The translations under genes were made by a program, and so were the position numbers. 64,000 nt of DNA from Utricularia gibba (taxonomy: Eukaryota > Plantae > Magnoliophyta), in the NCBI GenBank assembly GCA_002189035.1, contig NEEC01000009.1, positions 2,542,001 to 2,606,000 on the forward strand, written 5' to 3'. How positions within the stretch are numbered: the stretch's first letter is position 1; the number at the start of each line of letters is the position of its first letter. The notes under the pieces were generated by a model. That model searched no databases. It worked only from the letters and a program-made list of their open reading frames with translations, and was not told the DNA's origin. Below are positions 1-9,425 of the stretch, piece by piece.

Positions 1-1
1 G

Positions 2-262
2 GTGACACTAGACCCCTTCTGTGATCCATCGTTCGCCACTACCCTTCCCTCCGCCGGTGCCTCCGAGTCCCGCAGGTACAATAAAGATTCTATGTTGGAG
101 TTTTGGCGATTTTTTTAAGAACCTTTTGAAAGAGGCGATCATAAAAAAACCGTCAGATTCATAATGGGGAGCTTGAGATTCTGCTGTAGCGCTACTGGCG
201 TTATAGATCCTACCGCCATTGCAATTGGCTTTATGCGCAGCAAGTGGCAGAGTCTCTTCTAA
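2..262 (+). CDS. 3' end of an unidentified spliced CDS, truncated by the window edge
   Basis: Open frame 2-75 (VTLDPFCDPSFATTLPSAGASES...), donor AG|GTAC at 76, acceptor TGTAG| at 189, exon 190-262 (SATGVIDPTAIAIGFMRSKWQSLF*). No family recognised. Confidence 0.35.
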
Positions 263-600
263 GGATGTTCCACACAGATGTTCACGTCATATAATGTATT
301 CCTGAGTATTGGTGGGAAACAAAGCATTGGAAGCATTTATAACTGTGATGGCTCGTGCCAATGCCCACGTCCTGCTTCCGAGGCCCGCATTGATGCGTCT
401 TGAAGCTCCTCGTGACATGGGAAGTTGACTTAGATGCACCTGAAGCCTTTTCCGGTGAGAGTACATTCGCCGTACTGGTTATCAATCCTGGTCGGAAGTG
501 GCTGATTTGCTGTCATGTGGCTGTAGTTTACGTTCTTGCTGAGGAGCGCTATGTTGAATGTTCTTTTGAAGTGGGCTTGGTCTCGGTCTGTTAAAGTTGA

Positions 601-695
601 AATGGGCCATCTAGATGGCCCAATATTTCATAATCAGACCGGCACCTTCTCTAGACTCATTCACTCGAAAAAGAAGTTCTCGGGAGTAGGGTTTT
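601..695 (+). promoter_or_regulatory. Site II (TGGGCY) pair plus telo-box upstream of the NFD6-like gene
   Basis: TGGGCC at ~603, GGCCCA at ~618, TAGGGTTT at ~688. This combination is typical of housekeeping and mitochondrial-protein promoters. Confidence 0.55.
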
Positions 696-734
696 AGCTC
701 TGAGTTGTGTTGGTTTCTTCTTGAAGATAACGAA

Positions 735-1806
735 ATGGTGATTTCCGCTGCCAGATTGACAGTTCGTTCGTCGGCGGTGCGTAATGTGGCCGCGAAGTTC
801 GCTTCTCAGACGAAATCGGCTCGCTCCTCCCCATTCCAGGCCCCCTTCAAGACGCAGGCATTCTGCCGCGGTGTTTTCAGGTTTCCATTGGTTAGTGTGA
901 ATAAAAAATTGGTTCTTGATCCTCAGCTTTAGACAATTTTGAATATATGGTGAAGGTCTCCTGTTGAATTGAGTGCGTGCATGGAGTCACTGATGCCGCA
1001 CCACACAGCTACTGCTTCCGCCTTGCTGACGTCTTTGCTCACGGTTTCGCGTAGTGGTTTTTGCTGGCTCCCTGAAGGTGTTTAAGATTGGTTTTTTTGA
1101 GTTCTTCTTTTGCTTGGTTGATTGACATTCGATGATTTAGCTATCGTTTTCAACTGTATGTTTAGTTACTATGTCATCAAGAATTGTCCATGATTAATTG
1201 AAAAGTGTTTTCGAATTTTCAAGCTTCAGTACGCCACCCTCCCATATTCGTATAATAAGAGGAAACGAATGAAAAATTGAAGCCTTGGACATCTATGTGT
1301 TATTGCTTAGTGAAAATGGCTCACTAAACATTGACTCTCCATCCATTTTCATTGTGTATGGGATGCATCTTCCTACTCGTCCTTTGCTAGTCCCCAAGTC
1401 CTCTGCTTTATTAGTCTCGTCCTATCATCTTTCGCCAACAGACAGATTTACATGTATTACTAAAACATTTGTCACCCAAACTCTTTGCGATCAAAGGATT
1501 TTTTTCTTTTTTTTTAATATTCTACCCCCCGACTTTACCATGTTTCCCTAACAGGTGCCTGTTTTCGTTCTTGCTTTAGGTATCTAGCATTGTAGAGCCC
1601 TCTATTGCGAAACTGCCCTTCCTTATATCTCTGTGAGTTGGTCTTTGAATTAGGGTGTTCAGTTATGTGCTCTTATTTTTCGAAAGATGAACATGTAAGA
1701 ACCCCCATTTCTTTCGGTACATTTTATTTGCTGCGAAGTATGTTTTTATTATCAATGAAGAAGTACCTCCGCCCTTCGTGTTGTAGGCACTAAAGACACT
1801 AGGTGA
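735..1806 (+). CDS. NFD6: NUCLEAR FUSION DEFECTIVE 6-like small organelle-targeted protein
   Basis: Exon 735-880 ([22 protein letters not shown]...RGVFR, presequence-like). Exon 956-1077 ([41 protein letters not shown], the family core). Terminal exon 1787-1806 (GTKDTR*). All GT-AG. Confidence 0.8.
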
Positions 1807-2806
1807 AGATGGAAGGCAATGAGGGGATAATGGACATTCATTCATTTCTGTTTTAGCACTTTCTACTATAAAACAACTCTTCTAGAGTGCAGAATGACAT
1901 TTTTCCTTTCTTTTAAATACTTACAGCCTTTTCTACTTGGTTTTGATTTGCATTTGTTTGTCGTGCTGGAGTAATTCTTAAGGTTCCGTGCAGAACCTGT
2001 GTTTACATCTCCCAGCGCTTTACGATTCATTGTCATGTTCTACTCTTTAGCTCCGAGATCATGCTCTTACTAATCACGCTTTATCATTATTCAACCAGCT
2101 TTCAACCATGATGTGTAGCAACTTGAAGTCCAAGAGTATCTTCTATCCTACAAAAAATTTCTGGCACACGTAAGTGAAGTTCGAGCTGATCTTGAATGAT
2201 AATTCCTGGCTTGTTGGCGAGTACTTTCCCTTTGTATTTTTTATGAATCAGGATGAAATTCGTATTCACTGATATGATAAACCATGATGAGAACAAGATG
2301 AACCCCTTTCCTAACACCTTATCCGTGCTTCTTAAAGCATTGCCCAGGATCCTCTGTTCTCTCTGTAACTGTTGATTTGTTTTCGAACCTTGATTGCATC
2401 CCTTGCAAAAGGCCCTTGCCGTGGTTAGCAATGACATGAATTTTGAACAAGTTCCCGAGTCATCGAATCATTTGATTTGGATTTGTTACTTGATAAATAC
2501 AATTTTTCTGTAGTTTGGTGGTAACTGGTGTCATCATCCTGTGTGCTACTGGAAACTCTGTTCAACTAGGGGAATAATCCCATGTGGCTGAGCCGCCGGG
2601 TATCGTTTCATGCACCATCATCCGTGCCCACAAAATCTTACCAGACACTTACATGTTTACATTTATTTGTAGGATCGATTCTGAATTATTTAAGGTTTTT
2701 AAACAGTTAATCACTCGCCATTAAAATCAGGTCAATGTTAAAATCCTAAGTATTCGAGTTACCTCGGAGATGGTTACATCGGAAAACAGTCTCAAGGCGA
2801 TTGGAT

Positions 2807-3459
2807 TCAGCGGCGGGATAGGGGGAATCCAATGCCACGCCGGTTCGTCGGAAACAACAAAAACAATACGCTGCAGATGATGCCGACTGCCACCGGAACC
2901 GCCGCCATAAACTCCTCCGTCTCCTCCGACGGCGAAGGACAGAAGCAGCTCACCACATTCTTGTCAAACATCGCCACCGCGACGAAAACGAAAAACGACA
3001 GAACAGCGTGGAAGAAGTCAAGGAACCGAACCCTGAAGGTGTCCGCTTCCGAGGGCGGCAGGCTCGTCGGCGGCCCGTCTATTATCCAAAGCCCCTGGAA
3101 AGTTGCCATCCCGTACCTGACCTTCCCTTTCTCGTCTCTGAAACTATCGGTGAAGCTCTGAAGAAAACACAAGGATGCGCAGAAGAACAAGAGCACCGAC
3201 GTCGTCGTCTTGGTGACGGCGGACTTGCATTTCCCGTCGTTGGTGAAAACAGGGGAGAGCATCTGGAAAGCCAGGACGGTGCCCGTGGGAAGGAGGTTCG
3301 AGAGATGAGCGGTTCCCTTGAAGGCCTTCCGAACCGCTTTCAGTCCCGGGCTTTTTCCAGGCTCCGGCTCCGATAGGAAAGGCAATGCCAAGGCTTGCTC
3401 CTCGTCGCCCGGTGCCGGAGTTCCCCCTCCCGCGGCTGCTCCGCCCAGAGCACCTCCAT
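2807..3459 (-). CDS. DMP: DUF679 domain membrane protein (DMP), single exon, with an apparent 1-nt frameshift near the start
   Basis: ORF 2807-3391 carries TAHLSNLLPTGTVLAFQMLSP, SFTDSF, RYGMATFQGLW, DFFHAVLS and FPTNRRGIGFP. The track start is TTG. The only well-placed ATG (3459, context AAAATGG) is out of frame by one base. It lacks the DMP8/9-type motif, so it is not the gamete-fusion clade. Confidence 0.85.
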
Positions 3460-4302
3460 TTTCAGCGATGACTTCGCCTGCCGCCGGTTATAACGATAAT
3501 TCGAAGGCGGTGCATGGATTTAGGCCGCCTCTATGTATCTAACCACATAAGGCCTCTTTTGTGGTTGCGGTATGCTCCTCGAACTCCCCTCAAAACTTTC
3601 CTTTTCTAAGAGTTCTAATATAAGTGAATTCTATTTTAAAAAATATATAAATTCATAATTTATTATAATACTCCTAAAAAAAAGAGTCAAAATTGGAGAT
3701 TTAGATTATAGTGTAAGAGTGGAGAGTATAGGAGTTCATAATTTTTTGAAATAATTATGTTTAATTTTTTGAAAATTATAATCTTTAACCCTAAAATAAA
3801 AAATTTAAATATGTGATTAATTTTAGAAATTATTAAATTAGTGTTTCATGAATTAAATAATAGATTAATTAGAAAAAATATGTTATTGAATTCTTATTTA
3901 TTCTAAAATATATTTATATTATAGCAATAAATTATATCATAATTTGATATATTAAACTTTAGAATACATATTTTATTTTATTAAATTTTATAATATAGTC
4001 TAATATTATCACATACAATAATTTTAAAATATTAAATTGATTTTATTCACATAATATTAAAACTGATTATATTTAACAAAATTTGAAACCCATCTTTAAA
4101 TTATAGACAGTAACTAAACATTGAAATCCATGTGACATAATCATTCATTATTTTATTTCGATAATGGAGGGAATCAAAATGGGGGCCCCACACTACGATC
4201 GGTTTGTCACTTGGACGAGCATTTTCTTGTTTCTTTTTTTTTTTAATGCAGGAGAATAAAGAATATAAATGTAAATTACACCGACAGGATAAACATTTTT
4301 CA

Positions 4303-5027
4303 TCAAAACACCCATGCGATCAAGCAGACAATGCTCAGAAACAGGGCAGTGCCAATCTTACCGGCGGAGCTTTGGGAGTCCTCCGTGGAGGGGGCAGTGT
4401 CGGCGGCGCCGCTGCTTCTAGCACGCGGACGTGAGGGGGACGGGGACACGGCGGGGGAGGGGCTTCGTAGAATTCAAACGGCAGGAGCACGCTGTCAACT
4501 TCGTAAATCGCCAGGGGGAACTCTTTCCTAATCACGTTGCTGATCTGGACATTCACAATTCCGGTGGACACGTTGACCTGACTCGCGGCGGCGGAGATGT
4601 TGAGCCCGTAGACCCGGTTATCCTGTCCGCTGGCCTGGGTCCTGACGGGGTTGCTGACGGTCTGGAAAGACTGCAGGGTGTAGAATTTAGGGCAGACGTG
4701 GTACTGCACGAGCTGAACCTGCTGCTGGTTAGTAAGATTGTTGAGCGTTCCGGCGGGGAGATTGTTGAAGGCGTTGTCGGTCGGAGCGAAAACCGTCATG
4801 CCGTCGGTGGAGGTTTCCGACTGGCTGTCGATTTGCGCTGCGGCTTGATTCTGGTTCAGGAGACGCATGAAGTAGGTGTACTGGCGGGCCTCGTCCAGGA
4901 TTCCGGTGATGTTGATGGAGTCGGCTGCCGGGCCAGGTGCTTCCGCGTCAGAAGATTTAGCGCCGGAGGCCCCAAGGAGCAGGGCGGAGAGGGAGAGCAG
5001 GAGGAGGTAGCACGGCGGCGCAGCCAT
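4303..5027 (-). CDS. FLA: Single-fasciclin arabinogalactan protein (group A FLA), with an apparent frameshift before the GPI signal
   Basis: Signal peptide, APGPA, FAS1 domain (MTVFAPTDNAF, VQYHV, LAIYEVDSVLLP). Adding one base in the G5 run at 4453-4457 restores PAVSPSPS...SSAGKIGTALFLSIVCLIAWVF*, a typical AGP region plus GPI signal. Confidence 0.88.
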
Positions 5028-6076
5028 TGTAGTAGATGTGCTCAGGGGCAATGGAGAATGGGGGAATGGAGGGGTTTTAAATATCAATGTGATGTTGAAT
5101 TTTGGGAGTTGGAATTCGTTGGTATTAGCTGTCTATGGACATGATATGAGATAGAGATTTCATAACCTATGCTGTGGACACTTATCTTTTCTCTCAAAAT
5201 CAAACCAACCTTATTACTACCACAAGTTGCCAATTATTCGGCTAATCGATATTCTAATTTCATCCTTCGAATTGAAAATCAACCTATTTGATATACATTA
5301 ATCGAATATAGTTCCGATACGAATCTATAAAAGATTCAAATGATACTATGCTCTTTTGATATCCAAATGGTTGGTTGTAAGAATAAGAACAAGACTAATT
5401 AGCAAGTGATTATTGAGCATGAGGAGGAGGAGTGGATTGTCAATGTGGACACATAGAGGTGGATGATGTGGGAAGGTGAACAAACCACCATGGTCATGCA
5501 TCACAACCTGGCATAACATGGCCATGTGGGCCCCCCATCTTCTAACATGTCCATGGCTAGTTGTCCACACCAACACTATTATTACCATTATATTAAATGG
5601 CAACAACCAATAATGCATTTGATAGATACATGGTTATCATTGGCTAATACTACTCAATATTTGGAACTTGATTCTCAAAATTTTATCAAATAACATGGTA
5701 GTAGATATTTGTGATGTCACAAAATTTTTAAATGTATAGCATCGTTATTTTTACGATATTCTAAAATGTTTCTATACGTCAAAAAATACGTAAAATAATA
5801 TGTTTTTATTGAATCACTTATAATTGATATTCTACTAATTCCGCTCCATTTTCAAATAACAATGGGAGATACACAACCAAAATGGTAACCTTTAATTTGG
5901 TTCATGAGGTGGTCACACTCGAGTTTTTATTTATAAACTCGAAAATCCGTTTTGGTCATCCAAACCTCAAATGAACCATGATTATTTAATGTAACAATCC
6001 TGAGAAAGAAGCTGAGATTGTAACATGTTTATTTATTAATTTCTTAATTAAATAAAATGAAGAAGAGGAATGCGTG

Positions 6077-6170
6077 TTGGGCTTATCGATATTGGGCTGT
6101 GAGTCGTATGATATCAAGACCAAATGGATTGGGCTCAGCATTTACCTTCTCCGTGGGCCGTATTGGGCTA
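6077..6170 (+). promoter_or_regulatory. Cluster of five TGGGCY motifs (site II/PRCE-like) upstream of the PAA pseudogene
   Basis: TGGGCT/TGGGCC at ~6078, 6094, 6130, 6154 and 6164, all within ~95 bp. Confidence 0.6.
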
Positions 6171-6241
6171 CCAGCTGTCGTTCTGTTTCCTTCATCGCGC
6201 TGCTAACCGAACTCTACTCTAATGCTTTTTGAAAGTATTTG

Positions 6242-6868
6242 ATGATCCGTGGAGGCGCCAGCGGTTACCGATGGCGTGCAACATTTTCTTTCCTGATGGG
6301 GGCCTCCGTCGAGTTTTCGGGGAATAGATAATTTTTAGTATGCATTTTCCTACGGGTGATCGATGTTTTTCGCTGTTGAGTTGCCAAGCGGGTAATGTTT
6401 TCATGGGAAGGCGGTCAAGGCTTCTGGAATCACGTCGATGGGCGTTCGCGGGGCGGAGTCGGCGTGTGCTGTTACACAGGTTTCTGTTGGTGTTTTTTCT
6501 AAAATTAATTGCTGTACTTAATTGTATACCGGTATGATGAATCGTTGATCTGATCAACTCGTTGGCAGGGAAATCTTTTGGATCCAACCCACCTCCTGTA
6601 TTTGTTTCGTGCCACATATAGTGAAGTTTGCTGTAGGCTAATGGCAGATGTTTCTGTTCTTTTGATGATCCAAGTGAAGTTGGTGGTGCATGGAAGTGAT
6701 CTAGAATGTAAGAAACAGACCCTGAAAATTGTGTGGCATGGGGGTGGTGAGGAAAATGAATTGGATGTTTTACAGGTTGTCCTTGCGAGGAAGGAAGATC
6801 CCTCTTTCAAAGTTCTCCCAACGGAAGAAGTCAACGGCCATCTAACTGCGATCAGTGAGCGTCATTAA
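6242..6868 (+). pseudogene. PAA1: Decayed, intron-retaining copy of 20S proteasome subunit alpha type-6 (PAA)
   Basis: Four segments match PAA. MIRGGASGY..NIFFPDGGL (vs [22 protein letters not shown], frameshifted). 6408-6488 KAVKASGITSMGVRGAESACAVTQ (vs KAVKTAGITSIGVRGKDSVCVVTQ). 6569 on, GNLLDPT...LF..T...MAD. 6777-6868 ...FKVLPTEEVNGHLTAISERH* (vs FRVLTTEEIEEHLTAISERD*). The central ~100 codons are unrecognisable or deleted. Confidence 0.8.
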
Positions 6869-7813
6869 GGTAACCTATGACTCCCTACAGACATTCGTTC
6901 TATTTGCTATTCATAAGCCCTGCTGAAGCGCTATCTGCAGAACTACGTCGCTCAGAAGGCTACACATTTCAAGTCTCACAAGCACTCATTCACATGTAAC
7001 TTGTCGCCATGTCGTGTAGTAGGATTCCGACTTGAGAATGGGATGCGCCCACATGTGGGCGTAAAGGGATGCCCTGTTCACATGGCCAACAAAGACAACT
7101 CTTCACCCCCTCTTTTTCATAATAAAATTTACCTTTCAAGATTGCATTTTTAAGAAGAAAAAAAAAAGATTTCATTTTTCAGAAGAATCAAATTTCTGTT
7201 ATTTGTTTCAGAACTTCACTTTTCTTTACACTCCACGAATCAATTCCCTTGCATCTGATAACAATATAATTCATACTTCACTTATTAACACGCCCAATGA
7301 GCCTACCATCATGCGTGTTTTTTGAAAAGCATAATTTCTTAGGAAGGAGACTGAATGATGTGGTTTTTAGACATTGTACTGTTTGATCATAGAAGAACAT
7401 AGAATGCCAAGAAAGGTTGTCTTTTTTTTTTTAAATATGTTTTGGGGATGAGGTGAATATTTTAAGGGTAGAGACTACAGAGGCACATGGTTCTTTTTAA
7501 ATGATGCACAGAGAAGTTGGGAATCAAGATCAAGTTCAAGCTCCCTAACAGCTGTTGATACCTGTTTCTAATTATCTTCTCCACTTGACCCTACCATGTT
7601 TACAGTCAACATGAGACTGCTTCCAGTTTGTTTCACTTTCTCGACAATAAAACAGTATTGAAGTTGAGGTGCTGTGTGGTGATTTATGCTTCCTCCCATG
7701 GCTGTCTCTCGCTTTATGTTAAAATGGGATTTTTTAATGTTGCCTTCTTTGTTGGTGTATATAATATCTGACACTCTTTCGGGTGCTTGAGGTCTCATTC
7801 CTTTTGTATACTT

Positions 7814-8937
7814 ATGGCACAGCTACCTCCCAAGCTTCCCCTGACTTGGCGTCAATGTGAAGAAACAGTTCCGGTCAACCAGAATCCTCATTGGGTTGAT
7901 GAGTTTTTCAACTTTTCATCCTGCCGTCAGTGCTGCCACCGACGGTCGATGAGCGATTCCATAACCTTCATGGAGGTTGATGAGCAGCGGAAATACTCCT
8001 TCGTACATGGCCATGGGGATGAGGATTCCACGAATGCTGATGGTCATGCCTTGTGGAGGACCAACGATGAGCTCTTTTTGGATATGATTGCCGACTGCAT
8101 GGTTCCGAATCTGCCATCAGATCATAACAGCAACAATGATGAAGAGACGCCAGGAGTACTTGGGGCAGTACTGCTTCACCAACCTAAAATTGAGCATGAG
8201 GAGGAGGTGCTCCCCTCTTGCAAATCTGAAGGGCTCATTGCTTCCGATGTAGCCACCAGCTCTGAGAAAATCGTCGATCCGAAACGGATCAAAAGGTACT
8301 ACTATACTGCTGCTGCTGCTGCTGCTGTTGTGTCATGTTTTGTGTTCATAATGGTGGATGCTTTGATCAGGATATTGGCAAACAGACAGTCTGCTCAAAG
8401 ATCTCGTGTGAGGAAATTGCAGTACATATCAGAGCTGGAGCGCCGCGTCTCGTCACTACAGGTATGCTGGCAATTTATGAAGATCCTACAATGCAGATAC
8501 TTGTTGAGGATTAAGAACATAAAACTGAAATTCTGCTGATGTGAAATTGTGATGCTGAAGGCTGAAGTTTCCGTACTGTCTCCACAAGTAGCCTTTCTGG
8601 ACCACCAGCGCCTGATACTAAATGCTGACAACTCAGCTCTCAAGGAAAGAATCACAGCTCTGACTCATGACAAAATCTTCAAGGATGGTAACTAATCTAC
8701 TTCAAGTTCCCGTCCTGTGTTGTTGGTTCTCTCATAATGATGCTACTTTCAGCTCATGAGGAAGCACTCAAGGCTGAAATTGAGAGGTTGAGACGACTCT
8801 ATTACCAACTGAAGCTCAAGATGTCAACGGAGACTGCACCGGCATCACCACCAACGGCGGCCATCGACACCAACTGCAGCGCCATGGATGGGAAGTTGGA
8901 GTCAACTGAGCATATTGACAATCTTAATGTCATCTAA
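7814..8937 (+). CDS. bZIP61: Group E bZIP transcription factor (bZIP34/bZIP61-like)
   Basis: Exons 7814-8295, 8371-8461, 8561-8687, 8753-8937. Motifs [76 protein letters not shown]. Confidence 0.9.
8307..8327 (+). repeat. (CTG)7 microsatellite in bZIP intron 1
   Basis: Direct reading. Confidence 0.9.
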
Positions 8938-9425
8938 GCAGGAAGATATTCAACCATAAGCTCTCCTGTGAAGCAAAGGCCATGCAAATTTATTGCTATG
9001 TACCCCTTGGCAGATAGGAAGGGCCCTTGCCTTGTTTGATGGGGACAGAAAATCTTTCTTTTCTAAGGTTTAGAGCTGTTATTGTGACTCTTTCAAAGAT
9101 GATATTCTTTCAAGGAACAAAAACCTGTGTTTCTGAGTACTGCAAACCAGTAATCAACTTTGCCGTACGGAAGAATCTTTGGTTGGTTTTGCACTATTAT
9201 ATACCCTGTTTGTTAAGGTTGAATTCGAAGTTGCAAGTGCATAAAATATTAGAAAATTAAACAGATCCTACACTTGGGTACAAGGGGGAGAGTGAAGTTC
9301 TCCAACAAAAGGCGAGCAAGCAGCCAGCATCCCAAGTAATTTGAATATTAAGTTAAAGAAAGTTTGGCTTTAGAGAGGCAAGCTAGAGTTCAACCAAAAT
9401 ATGGCATGCTGGATAGCAGCAAGAA

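Noticed and set aside
3008-5144. Long plus-strand ORFs 3008-3376, 2832-3161 and 4431-5144
   Set aside because: Antisense shadows of the GC-rich DMP and FLA coding sequences.
5343-5660. GC-richer island with a His/Leu-rich ORF (5346-5618) and repeated TGTGGACA
   Set aside because: Probably a TE fragment, but I could not define TIRs, a TSD or Helitron ends, so it is not called.
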